A DNA stretch of 64,000 bases from positions 320,001 to 384,000 of the forward strand of contig CAWAIF010000003.1 in the NCBI GenBank assembly GCA_963782055.1, read 5' to 3'. Origin of the DNA: an uncultured delta proteobacterium (GTDB lineage: Bacteria > Myxococcota_A > Polyangia > Polyangiales > Polyangiaceae). Positions 11,501-20,865 of this stretch are shown in pieces. Position 1 is the first letter of the stretch. Each line of letters starts with the position of its first letter. The notes under the pieces were generated by a model. That model saw only the letters and a list, made by a program, of their open reading frames with translations, had not been told where the DNA came from and did not search any database. The position numbers and the translations under genes are program-made.

Positions 11501-14500
11501 GGCGCGCGTCCTTGCCGGCCCCGTCCGCCAGCTCCAGCGCGTGGTCCACGTACACCGACAGCGCGCCCGCGCGCCGGGCGAGGGCGAGGGTGGCCTCGTG
11601 CACCGCCGGGGCGCCCGGCGCCACACCCAGCGCGCGGAGCTGCGTGGCGAGCGCCTCCGCCGTCTGCCCGAGCGACTCCTGCACTCGCGCGAGCTCGCCG
11701 ATGATCTCGCCCGCCTGCGGGCCCTGCGGCGTGCGCGCGAGCCTCGCCTCCAGCGCCCGCACCAGCGCCTCGTGCTTGCCCTTCTTGCGCAGCGCGCGCT
11801 CCAGGCTCCGCGACTCCGCCGCCGAGGTGGCCGCCGCCTCGAAGGCCGACTCCAGGATCTCGGCGGAGCGCTCCGCCTCTCCCTGCCTGCCCGCGACGTC
11901 GCTGAGCTCGACGAGCACCTCGCTGCGGAGGACCGGCGCGTCGTCGTCGGCGCGGCGAAGCACCGCGAGCAGCGCGCGGTAGGAGCGCTCGGCCTTCTCC
12001 AGCTGGCCGTCGTCGCGCGCGAGCTCGGCGACCATCCGGAGGATCTCCGGGTTGGCCGGGTCGATGCGCGTCGCGGCCTCCAGCTCGGTGAGGGCGTGAG
12101 CGCGCTCGCCGGCGCGGAGCTGGATGCGCGCGAGGTAAAAGTGCACCTGGGCGCGCCCCTTCGGCCGGCGTCCGGCGAAGGCGTCGATCATCGCGCGGAG
12201 CAGGGCGCGCGCGTCGTCCGGTCGCCCCGCGCCCTGCAGCGCCTCGGCGAGGGTCAGCTTCAGGCGGCGGTCGTCCGGGGCTAGCTCGGCGGCCGCCTCC
12301 AGCAGGGGCACCGCGCGGGCGGGGAGCTCGCAGCGCTCCATGAAGAGGTTGGCGGCCTCCTTGTAGAATGCAAGCTTCTGCGGTGACTCGCTCGCCGAGG
12401 CCGCGCGCGCGCTCGTCAGCTCGGCGAGCGGCAGCCACTGCTCGGTGCGCTCGTAGATCTCGGCCAGGTGGACCGCGGCCTCCGCGGGGACGTCGGGCAC
12501 GCCGAGCGAGGCCTCCAGCCGCTGCTGGGCGGCGGCGTCGTCGCCCGCGCGTACGTACGCGTCGGCGAGGCGTACGACGACCGCGCCCTGGCGCTCCGGG
12601 AACTCGCGCACCAGGCGGTCGAGGTGCTGCGCGGCCTCCTCCCACTCCTCGCGGCGCTCGTGGATCCGCGCCACGGCGTCCAGCGCCTCCGGACGGACCT
12701 CCAGCGCCAGCGCGCGGCGGTAGCTGGCGAGGGCGGCACCCAGGTCGGCGAGCTTCTCGTCGGCGATCGTCGCGGCGCGCACCCACAGCTCCACCGCCGA
12801 CAGCGGGTCGGCGTCCTTCTCGGCGAGGGCGGCCTGCTCGGCGCAGAAGCTCGCCAGCTCCTCCCACCGCCCGGCCTGCTCCAGCACCTCCGAGAGGACC
12901 AGCGTGCTCCTGGCGTCGCGCGGGACCTCCGCGAGGTTCTGCTTCAACGCCGCGATCGCCTCGTCGACGCGCTCGAGGGAGCGCAGGATGCCCGCTGCGT
13001 CCAGCCGCAGCTCGACGCGTTGGGCCGGGTCCTCGGCGATGGCGAGCTGGCGCTGCCGCAGGTCGAGCAGCTCGTCGGTCTTGCCCAGGCTCGCGTACAG
13101 CTCGCCGAGGTGGGCGGCCGCCGAAGCGTCGCGAGGCTCGTCGTCGAAGAGCGCGCGCCAGATGCGCATCGCGGTGTCGTGATCGCCGAGGCGGGAGAGG
13201 GCGACGTCGGCGGCCTCGTGGCGGAGCACGCGCGACCGGCCGCCGGTGAAGGGGAGCTGCGCGGTCTGCTCCAGCAGCTCCACGATGCGCTCCGCCGCCC
13301 CCTCCTCGTTGTGGATGCGGAGCAGCTCGGCGAGCGCCCACTCCACGTACTCGTTCGGGTGCGCTGGCGAGCCGAGGGTCATCGGGGGCTCGTCCCCGTC
13401 GCGGCCCAGCCAGCGATCGGAGGCGACCTTGATCAGCCGCTCCAGGATGGTCTTGGCGAGGCTGCGATCCACCACCACCGCCGAGGCCACCTCCGCGGCC
13501 TCCTTGAGCAGGTCCAGATCGCCGCCGGTGGCCTGCGAGAGGCGCAGCAGGCTGTCGATGAGCGGGCGGCCGGCGTTGCGACGCTGGAGCTGCGCGAGGG
13601 CGCGCAATACGTCGGCGCTCGTCGGGTCGTGCACCAGCGCGCGCGTGTAGGCGGCCTCGGCGGCGTCCGCGTCGCCGCGGCGGTCGCGGTGCCACGCGCC
13701 CAGCCGCGCCTCCAGGTCGCGGGCGACCGGGCCCCCGAGCGCGGCGGGCGGCTGATCCTCTCCGCCGGGAGGCGCGGTGCGGCCGGTGCGCTCGGCGAGC
13801 TCGGCCTCCAGCGCGGAGGTGACGGCGTCCCACGCGGAGGGCCCGCTCGCGGCGGTCTCGAGCGCGGCGAAGAGCACCTCGTCGGGCGCGCCGGCGAGCA
13901 TGGATCGGTCCACCGCCACGCGCGCCGCCGCCTCCCAGCGCTGCACGCGCGCCGCGGTGCGGATGGCCGCGAGGCCGGCCGCCTCGCTCGTGGGGTCGTC
14001 GGCGGCCACGCGCAGGTAGGCGGTGAGCGCCGCGCGCGGGTCGTCCAGGCGCGCCTCCAGCGCCTCGCCCAGGCGGTAGCGCAGGCGCAGCAGTCGCTCG
14101 TCGCCGGCGGGGAGCTGCGGCTCCAGCGTGTCGATCACCACCCGGTGCGCGTCGGCGTAGGCCCGCCACTGGCCGGTCGGCTCGGCGAGCCCCGCCGCCT
14201 CGTCCTCGATGGTCGCGTCGCCGGCAGAGAGGACGAAGGCGTCGCGCGCCGCCTCGAAGGCGCGGGGGAGATCGCCCGCGCGCTGCTCGGCCATCTCCAC
14301 CACCTCCAGCAGCACCTTCACGCGCTCGGCGTCGTCCTTCGCCACGTGGAGGCGGTGAGGCAGAAGCTCCAGGATGCGCTGCCAGTCGTCGCCGGCGCGG
14401 TAGCTCTCGAGGAGAACGCGCACGGCGGCCTCCGCGCTCCCCTCGCGGCCGAGCAGCGCGTCGAGCCCGGCGATCGCGCCAGGGTGCGCGGGGGTCGCGT

Positions 14501-17500
14501 GGAGCGCCTGCGCGTAGGCGCGGATGGCCTCGTCGTGCCGCTCCAGGTGCTCGCGCAGCAGGTCGCCCAGGCGCACCAGCAAGGCGGCGCGCCGCTCCTC
14601 GTCGTGAGCGCGCACGGCGGCGCGCTCCAGCGTGGAGGCCAGCTTGGCGTGCTCCTGCCTCGCGTCGTAGAGCGCCGCCAGCGCCTCGCTGGCGTCGTCG
14701 GCCTCGCCGAAGTCCCGCTCGATGCTCTCCCAGCTCGCGACCGCGTCGCCGTCTGCGCCCAGGTTCTCCGCCTGCACGCGCGCGGCACGCACGCGGTCCT
14801 CGCGGCTCTCGTGCGTGCGTTCGGCGGCGGCGAGCACGCGCGCGCGACGGTCGAGCGCGTCGGCCAGCGGCCCGAAGCGGCCCTGCGCCTGGAGGAGATC
14901 CACCAGGCCGATGAGCGCCTCCAGGTCGGACTCCTCGCCCTGCAGTCGGCCCTCCCACGCGGCCACCGCGCGGTCCACCTCGCCGATGCGCGTCGCCAGG
15001 TCAGCCGCCTCGCCGAGCGCCTCCTTGCGCGCTGCGCTGTCGGTCTCCAGCTCGGCGATGCGCTCCAGCACCCCGAGCCGCTCCGCGTCGCGCCCCTGAT
15101 CGCGCAGCAGCGCGTCCAGGCGGCGCGCCGCGCCGAGCAGCACCGCGTCCTCGACGGGGAGCGCCAGCACGCGGAAGAAGAGCTCGGCCGCGCGGGCGTC
15201 GTCGCCGAGCTTCTCGCTCTGCACCACGCCGGACTGGAAGAGGAGGGAGGCGCGCAGCTCGTCGCTGTCGCAGTCGTCCGCCGCCGCGGCGAGGACCTCG
15301 GCGAAGCGGTCGAAGCGTTGCGTCTTCTCGGCCAGCGCGGCGAGGTGCTCGCGGTGCGCGGCGGCGTCCGGCTCCAGCATCACCAGCGAGACGCAGTGCT
15401 CCAGGGCGAGCAAGTTCTCCGAGAGGCGCTCGTAGAGGGCGGCGAGCTCCCGGTGGCGGCGCATGCGCTCCTTGGCGTTCTTGACCGCCTCCAGCTCCAC
15501 CTCCAGCATGCGCGCCAGGTCGCTCTCGCGCCCGGCGGCCGCGTAGCGCTCCCGGAGCAGCGACGCGGTGCGCTGGCGAACGAGCACGCGCTTGCGCCCG
15601 CGGGCCGTCTTGGGCGGCGCCGACGCGCGCGGTGGACTGGAGGCGCGCGGCGCGATGGACTCGTACGCCGCCGACACCCGCTCGCTCACCGGCGACGACG
15701 TCGGCGGCAGCGTCTTCTTGATCGCCTCGCCCTGCGGCGCGGCGCCCAGGATTCGCTCCAGGAGCTCCAGCGAGTTGTCCCCCTCGTCGCCGTGCTGGAT
15801 GAGGTCCTCCACGACCAGCAGCGCGGAGCCGGCGTCGGAGAGCTCGTCCAGCCAGAGGCGCGCCATGCGGCCTCGCAGCGCCTGCCCCTCCTCCTCCGGC
15901 TTGCCGGGGAGCTGCGCGCCCAGGAGGCTGATGAGCTCGCGGTGGCGCCCGTGGCGCTCGTAGAGGCGCTCCAGCGACGCGATGAGCCGCTCGTTGTCCG
16001 GCTTGATGTTGAGCAGCTGCTCCAGGTAGCCGATGGCGCGGGGCGCGTTCTTGGCGAAGTCCTTGGCGACCTGCGCCGCGTCCTCGAGGAGGTCGGTGTG
16101 GCGGATCTCGTCCAGGCCCTCCGCGGCGATCACCCGGTCGTAGAGGATGAAGAGCTCGTCCCATCGCTCCTGCGAGTCGTAGAGCAGCTTCAGCCGGTCG
16201 AAGGCCCACCCGGCCGGGTCGAGATCGACGAGGCGATCCAGGATGCGGATGAGCCCCGCCGCGTCCTCGAACCACTCCTCCTGGAAGGCGACCGCGCGCT
16301 GCCCGACCTCCAGCGCCAGCTCGGTCTCGTGGCCGCCGGCGAGCACCGCCTGGTAGCGCTCGCCCAGCTCGACGGGGCGGTCCAGGCGGCGCGCGAGCTG
16401 CTCGGCGCGGTCCCAGAACGCTGCCTCCTCGGGGAACTCGGCGACGGCGCGGAGCAGCACCGTGTACACCGCGTCCTCCGACTGCGAGCGCGAGAGCTCC
16501 AGCAGCTCCTCGAACCACCCGCGCCGGCGCTCCTTCGGGGCGTCCTTCGCGCCGTCCACCAGCGCGGAGAGCACGCGCATCTTCGCCTCGGCGTCGTGCG
16601 CGGACTCCAGCGACGACTCCAGCAGCGCGGACGCCTCGCGCCCCACGGCAGGGTCCTCCAGCAGCTTGGAGAGAAGGCGCAGCGCCCCCGCGTGATCCGG
16701 CGCCTCCGCCAGCACGCCGCGCAGCTCGGCCAGCGCCTCCCCGGCGCGATCGCCCTGGGCCAGGAGCACACCGGCCAGCTCCGCGCGCACGCGCCGCTTC
16801 TGATCGTCATCGCCGTACGCGAGACGGGACCGGAGCGAGGCGAGCGCGCCGTCCACGTCGCCCGCCGCGAGGGTGAGCCGCGCCACCTCGCTCGCCGCGT
16901 CGGCGTCCTCGGGGTTGGCGTCGCTGAGCTGGCCCCACAGCGCGAGCGCCTGGTCCGGCGCGCGCAGCAGCCCCTCCTCCAGGCGCGCCCACCGCCCGAT
17001 GACCGCGTGACGGTCCTGGGGCGTCGACGCCTGCGCGGCCCGCCACCCGAGCAGCCAGCGCCAGGCGTCGGCGTCGGGCGTCTGGGCGCGCGTCAGGATG
17101 GACTCGCAGACGTCGGCTGCGTGGTGCTTGGCGCCCGCCTCCGAGAAGGGATCGTCCACCACGGCTCGCAGCGCCGCCAGGGCGTCGGTCTGATGCGCCG
17201 GATCCTCCGCCAGCACCTCCGCGCGGGCGGCCCACACCCGCGAGCGCAGCGCCGGGTCCTGATCACCGCCGCGCTCCAGGGCGGTGTCGAGCGTGCGGAA
17301 GTAGGCGGTCTTCTCCCCCGACGTCAGCGCGTAGCGCGTGAGCAGCGCGAGCGCCTCCGGGTCGCTCGGCGCCTCCAGGAAGGCGCGGGCGGCGGCGTCG
17401 AAGGCGCCGGCGGGATCGTTCGCGCGCTCCAGCAGCACCTGGGCGAGCCGCATGAGGGAGAGCTTGCGCTCCTCGGCGCCGGGCGCCGACTCGACGAGCG

Positions 17501-20500
17501 CGGCGAAGAGCTCGGGCAGCGGCGCGAACTCGCCGGCGGCCTCCAGCAGCGCGGCGAGGCGCTCGGTCGCCTCGCGATCGTAAGGAGCGACCTTGCGGAT
17601 GCGCTCGTAGAGCTTGCGCGCGTTCTTGACGTCGCCGGACTGCTCCGCGTGCCCGGCGGCGTCGCGCCACGCCGCCACCGCCGCCGCCGTGTCGCCGCGC
17701 TCGGTGTGCAGGGCGCCGAGGCGCGAGAGCCAGAAGACGCGGTCCTCCGCGGTCTCGGCGAGCTCGGCGCGTCGCGCCGCGGCCATCCCCATCAGCTCGC
17801 CGTCGTCCAGGCGCTCCGCGACCTGCTCGACCACGTCGATCTCCCCGCTCCCGTTGAGCGGGTCCTCCAGAAGCGCGCGGCAGTGCGCCGTCGCGCGGTC
17901 GCGCAGGCCGTGCTCCGCCGCCACCGTGGCCACCCGCGCGTGCAGCGTGCGCTCGGCGTCGCCCGGCGGAGTGCGCGACAGGCGCTCCTCCAGCAGCGCG
18001 CAGATCTCCACCCAGCCGCCGGTCTTGCCGTAGACGTCGAGCAGCGCCTCCTCCACGGCGTCGGTCGGTCCCTCGGTCATCGCGGTCCGCAAGGTGGCCA
18101 CCGCGCTCGCGTCGTCGCCCAGCTCGTGGCGCTGGATGTTGGCGATCGCCATGAGCAGCCCGCGGCGCTTCTCGGTCCCCTGCTCGCGCTCCAGCGCGGC
18201 CGCGTAGAGCCGGAGCCGATCCTGCGGCGTGCCCTGCTCGCGGAGCAAAAGCTCCACGCTGGCGAGGAGGTCCGGGCCGGGGGCGAAGGCGAGCGCGCGC
18301 TGGTAGGCGGAGAGGGCGAGCCCCTGGTCTCCGGCCAGCGTGGCGGCGTCGCCCGCGGCCCGCGCGATGGCCAGTCGCGTGTCGTCGGTCACCGGGCCGT
18401 CGCCCAGCGCCTGGAAGAGCACCTCCGCGCGCCGGGGGGCGTCGGACGCTTGACCGAGGAGGCGGCCGAGCTGCTCGATCCAGGGCGACGGGTCCTGCGC
18501 CTCCGCCACGGCGATGGACAGCGCGTGGCGGAGCAGGTCGGTGGCGCGCCCCTGTTCGCTGGGCACCTGCTCGGCGATGGTGACGGCCTCGCGGATGGCG
18601 TGCAGCCGCTGCCCCGCATCGTCGGCGCGCGTGGCCACGGTGGAGAGCGCGCGGATCACGCCCGTCCGCGAGGCCTCCGTCCGGTACACCGCCTCCAGCG
18701 TCTCCGCCGCGGCGAGCGCGGTCTGATCGTCCTGCGAGGCGAGCAGCTTCTCCAGCGCGCCGCGGCTGCTGCGCTCGGTGGGGTCCGCCTCCAGGGCCGC
18801 GCGGAAGGCCTCGACCGCGCCAGCCACGTCGCGGCGGCCCTGCAGGCGCAGCGCGCCCAGCCGCCCGAGCGCCTCCGCCTTCTCGGTGCCATCGGAGAGG
18901 TCGGCGAGCGCGGCGAGCGCGCGGCTCATGCCCTCGAAGTCGCCCTGTAGCTCCAGCAGCGGGAGCCAGCGCTCCACGACCTCGCGCGTGGGGCCGAAGC
19001 GGTCGACGATGTCCGCCCACGCTTGCGCCGCGTCCGCCACGTTGCCCGAGGCCTCGGTGAGCGCCTCGGCGGCGCGCGTCATCAAAACGCGCTGCTCGTC
19101 CGGCGCGGTGCAGTCCTCGGCGCTAAGCCGGAGCACGCGCGCCAGGCCGATCGCGTCGCCCATCGAGGAGAGCAACGGCGCGAGCGCCTCGAGCGCGCGC
19201 GGTCGCGCCGGCGTGTCGAGCAGGGCCTGCCAGGCCCCGATGGCGCGCGCCGGGTCGTTGAGCGGGCCGGTCGCCAGGGTGGCGAGTTGCTCGCCGGCCG
19301 ACTGCCGCCGCACCAGGTCCGGATCGCCGCGCACCACGCGCTCGAGCATGTCTGCCAGCGAGACGTGGTCCTCGTCCTCGGCGTACAGCCGCGCGAGCGC
19401 GTGTGCCGCGGGGAGCGTCGCCACCTCGTCGACGCCGGGCACCGAGAGCGCGCTGGAGAAGGCGGCGCGGGCGCGCTTCATGTCGCCGGTGGCGAGGAGT
19501 AGCTCGCCCATCTCGGTGGCCAGACGCGCGCGAGCCCCAGGCTCCTTGGTCACGCCGATGAGGCGTCCCAGCGTGCGGGTGGAGTTGTCGTGCTTGCCCA
19601 GCGCGCGCGTGAGGGACACGTAGCGCTCGAGCAGGTCGGTGTCGGAGGCGTCCAGGGCCAGCGCGGCGTCTGCCGACTCGTACGCGCCGTGCGGGTCGTC
19701 CAGGTGGTCCTGGCGGATCGCCGTCAGCCCCTTGAGCGCTGCGGCGCGGTGGGTGCCCCGCGCGTGCTCCAGCTCCAGGGTGAGGAAGCGCGCGGCGTCC
19801 GCCCAGGCGCCTTGCGCCTGCGCCGCGCCGGCCAGGGCGGCCGCGGCGCGCGCCGCCGCCGTCCGCGACTCCAGCAAGGCGAGCGCCGCGTCGCGCGCGG
19901 CGGCGTGCTCCGGCTCGCGCGCGAGCAACCACTCGACGTGGGGCAGCGCGCGCTCCGGCTCGCCCGCCTCGGCGTAGATGCCGAGCAGGCGTGTCCGCAG
20001 CTCCACCTGGGCGTCGTCCTCGGGTGGCGGGTCCGCCGCGAGGTCCTGCTCCAGCAGCCTGGCCATGTCCTTCGGCCGGTTGGCGCGGAGCAGCGCCCCC
20101 TCGAGCCGCGCGCGCGACTCTCCGTCGGACGGCTCGATGCGCACGAGCTGTGCGAGGACGTCGGCGACGCGGTCCTGCGCGTCGGCCTGCTCGAACGCCG
20201 AGAGCGCCTTGCGCAGCAGCTCCGTCTGCTCGGCGCGCGGGCGGTGACCGGCGAGCTCCGCGAAGAACTCGCCGAGGCGCAGGAAGTCGCCCGTCTTGAC
20301 GAGCTGCGTCTCCAGCCGGCCGATGGCGCCCGTGTGGGTGGGCATCGCGGTCATGGCGCGGTCGAGGTAGCTCGCCGAGCCCATGTCGTCGCCGAAGACG
20401 TCGCCGAAGAAGACGGCGGCCTGGAACATGAACTCCGCCACCACGCCCGCCTGCAGCGTGCGGATGCGGCGATCCGCCGCGACCTCCTCGAAGGCGAAGG

Positions 20501-20693
20501 CCAGCTCGGCGAGCCGGTCGTCGCGGCGGGCGGCGTCGTGGAGCTTCGACCAGGCCTCGTCGGGGAGCTGCCCGCGCCCGAGGGCGAGGAGAAAGGCGTC
20601 GAGCACCTCCGGCTCTCGGTCGAGCCTCTCTTCGAGAGAGGAGAGGACGGCGGCCAAACCTGCGGTGGCGCGATGGCGAGACTGTTCGGTCAA
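8544..20693 (-). CDS. Giant TPR/alpha-solenoid protein (4049 aa), resembling myxobacterial AgmK-type proteins
   Basis: 12-kb uninterrupted ORF with TTG start after AAGGAG; dozens of TPR-like helical repeats (e.g. A..AY..AL..DP....AL..L..LY....W..L). Confidence 0.88.
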   Translation of the reverse strand: MTEQSRHRATAGLAAVLSSLEERLDREPEVLDAFLLALGRGQLPDEAWSKLHDAARRDDRLAELAFAFEEVAADRRIRTLQAGVVAEFMFQAAVFFGDVFGDDMGSASYLDRAMTAMPTHTGAIGRLETQLVKTGDFLRLGEFFAELAGHRPRAEQTELLRKALSAFEQADAQDRVADVLAQLVRIEPSDGESRARLEGALLRANRPKDMARLLEQDLAADPPPEDDAQVELRTRLLGIYAEAGEPERALPHVEWLLAREPEHAAARDAALALLESRTAAARAAAALAGAAQAQGAWADAARFLTLELEHARGTHRAAALKGLTAIRQDHLDDPHGAYESADAALALDASDTDLLERYVSLTRALGKHDNSTRTLGRLIGVTKEPGARARLATEMGELLLATGDMKRARAAFSSALSVPGVDEVATLPAAHALARLYAEDEDHVSLADMLERVVRGDPDLVRRQSAGEQLATLATGPLNDPARAIGAWQALLDTPARPRALEALAPLLSSMGDAIGLARVLRLSAEDCTAPDEQRVLMTRAAEALTEASGNVADAAQAWADIVDRFGPTREVVERWLPLLELQGDFEGMSRALAALADLSDGTEKAEALGRLGALRLQGRRDVAGAVEAFRAALEADPTERSSRGALEKLLASQDDQTALAAAETLEAVYRTEASRTGVIRALSTVATRADDAGQRLHAIREAVTIAEQVPSEQGRATDLLRHALSIAVAEAQDPSPWIEQLGRLLGQASDAPRRAEVLFQALGDGPVTDDTRLAIARAAGDAATLAGDQGLALSAYQRALAFAPGPDLLASVELLLREQGTPQDRLRLYAAALEREQGTEKRRGLLMAIANIQRHELGDDASAVATLRTAMTEGPTDAVEEALLDVYGKTGGWVEICALLEERLSRTPPGDAERTLHARVATVAAEHGLRDRATAHCRALLEDPLNGSGEIDVVEQVAERLDDGELMGMAAARRAELAETAEDRVFWLSRLGALHTERGDTAAAVAAWRDAAGHAEQSGDVKNARKLYERIRKVAPYDREATERLAALLEAAGEFAPLPELFAALVESAPGAEERKLSLMRLAQVLLERANDPAGAFDAAARAFLEAPSDPEALALLTRYALTSGEKTAYFRTLDTALERGGDQDPALRSRVWAARAEVLAEDPAHQTDALAALRAVVDDPFSEAGAKHHAADVCESILTRAQTPDADAWRWLLGWRAAQASTPQDRHAVIGRWARLEEGLLRAPDQALALWGQLSDANPEDADAASEVARLTLAAGDVDGALASLRSRLAYGDDDQKRRVRAELAGVLLAQGDRAGEALAELRGVLAEAPDHAGALRLLSKLLEDPAVGREASALLESSLESAHDAEAKMRVLSALVDGAKDAPKERRRGWFEELLELSRSQSEDAVYTVLLRAVAEFPEEAAFWDRAEQLARRLDRPVELGERYQAVLAGGHETELALEVGQRAVAFQEEWFEDAAGLIRILDRLVDLDPAGWAFDRLKLLYDSQERWDELFILYDRVIAAEGLDEIRHTDLLEDAAQVAKDFAKNAPRAIGYLEQLLNIKPDNERLIASLERLYERHGRHRELISLLGAQLPGKPEEEGQALRGRMARLWLDELSDAGSALLVVEDLIQHGDEGDNSLELLERILGAAPQGEAIKKTLPPTSSPVSERVSAAYESIAPRASSPPRASAPPKTARGRKRVLVRQRTASLLRERYAAAGRESDLARMLEVELEAVKNAKERMRRHRELAALYERLSENLLALEHCVSLVMLEPDAAAHREHLAALAEKTQRFDRFAEVLAAAADDCDSDELRASLLFQSGVVQSEKLGDDARAAELFFRVLALPVEDAVLLGAARRLDALLRDQGRDAERLGVLERIAELETDSAARKEALGEAADLATRIGEVDRAVAAWEGRLQGEESDLEALIGLVDLLQAQGRFGPLADALDRRARVLAAAERTHESREDRVRAARVQAENLGADGDAVASWESIERDFGEADDASEALAALYDARQEHAKLASTLERAAVRAHDEERRAALLVRLGDLLREHLERHDEAIRAYAQALHATPAHPGAIAGLDALLGREGSAEAAVRVLLESYRAGDDWQRILELLPHRLHVAKDDAERVKVLLEVVEMAEQRAGDLPRAFEAARDAFVLSAGDATIEDEAAGLAEPTGQWRAYADAHRVVIDTLEPQLPAGDERLLRLRYRLGEALEARLDDPRAALTAYLRVAADDPTSEAAGLAAIRTAARVQRWEAAARVAVDRSMLAGAPDEVLFAALETAASGPSAWDAVTSALEAELAERTGRTAPPGGEDQPPAALGGPVARDLEARLGAWHRDRRGDADAAEAAYTRALVHDPTSADVLRALAQLQRRNAGRPLIDSLLRLSQATGGDLDLLKEAAEVASAVVVDRSLAKTILERLIKVASDRWLGRDGDEPPMTLGSPAHPNEYVEWALAELLRIHNEEGAAERIVELLEQTAQLPFTGGRSRVLRHEAADVALSRLGDHDTAMRIWRALFDDEPRDASAAAHLGELYASLGKTDELLDLRQRQLAIAEDPAQRVELRLDAAGILRSLERVDEAIAALKQNLAEVPRDARSTLVLSEVLEQAGRWEELASFCAEQAALAEKDADPLSAVELWVRAATIADEKLADLGAALASYRRALALEVRPEALDAVARIHERREEWEEAAQHLDRLVREFPERQGAVVVRLADAYVRAGDDAAAQQRLEASLGVPDVPAEAAVHLAEIYERTEQWLPLAELTSARAASASESPQKLAFYKEAANLFMERCELPARAVPLLEAAAELAPDDRRLKLTLAEALQGAGRPDDARALLRAMIDAFAGRRPKGRAQVHFYLARIQLRAGERAHALTELEAATRIDPANPEILRMVAELARDDGQLEKAERSYRALLAVLRRADDDAPVLRSEVLVELSDVAGRQGEAERSAEILESAFEAAATSAAESRSLERALRKKGKHEALVRALEARLARTPQGPQAGEIIGELARVQESLGQTAEALATQLRALGVAPGAPAVHEATLALARRAGALSVYVDHALELADGAGKDARLATLLCLRAADALGELGDGARRIEVLRRAEQAGGLRMEVLSALDRAHGEAGDTEAQEAVLEKLAALQTENTARDPRAAADVLYRLAGLRLARPETTADACRMLETALSLAPDMERALGLAESALAAFGDEAPGPLLSVFARVARASGNEDAVARAVLLQAGQPGAPPDVVREAVGLAMSRGESAVAERFLARAAEDEAQDPAFLRWALLELAALREAAGERRGALLLRLRASAHAEAEEARALREQVASAARGEPGDADLAARAYELILDADPTDAQARGELVAVLRDAGDDARLAAAIDRVLPHADSDEERATLRLLRAKVLASRPDRADEAKADLRALLEERPRDAEAAALLVSLLEASGETEELAELLGTQLDAAKDREDAATVAALSLRLGRMLEPKDAEAARQAYAAGLDWEQHNRDLLLAMLRLLRESGDAIERADVMERLLASETGPGAEALALELAALRAEQWDNDAAERALLMGLRAHPASETLRDRLRATYEERGDDQKLAELLVTTAPGLEGAERRAAYLEAARLYGAGDDRTGTARAVRAAWLDAPDDAELLGMLVEAMSAREDLEEALQDMAEPFAQAGGAPHELVLLELRARLTSGLARHEEAIADAERVHALDVGRGAALLAMVLAAAADAAEGPDRAELRRRLATLLAAQGRGEEARAALEENLSADAGDLASLRALAELEEASEQWGAAADAYGRLAEAADAEALPDLALHLAELCERAENPGYAREALERARAVAPGDERLLHKLAEIYERTGAERELLELYVAEAEAATDPARRFELLLGAGQTLLTKLADAERAAEVLAAAHELKPTDFECVGLLADARIALGRLDGAEEALKAAVLSLKGRRSKDLAHVYLRLAHVARARGDRAAETQMLTTGLDMDGQNGVVASELADVAYEDENLDLATRALRAITMMRTAAPLPRAIAYERLGAIAVKQGDTRRAVMLLKRAIDDDPSLEYARELLAQLGA

Positions 20694-20865
20694 GTCCGGC
20701 TCCTTGGCCGTGACCGTCCACCGCGAGGGGCACGCTCCAGGGGCGCGGCCACGAGCGCGGTGCGGTCACCGGCGAAGGTCGAGGGTATCAACACGGCGCG
20801 GCGCCGTCAGCGGCTCGTGGCACCCTCTGGACCCGCGTTCAGTGAGCCCCCACCGCGCCGCGGCT

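Noticed and set aside
12468..18950. 2160-aa plus-strand ORF (and the 1550-aa alternative-frame ORF) inside the giant TPR gene
   Set aside because: Antisense or off-frame shadows caused by the scarcity of stop codons in high-GC coding DNA; no motifs.
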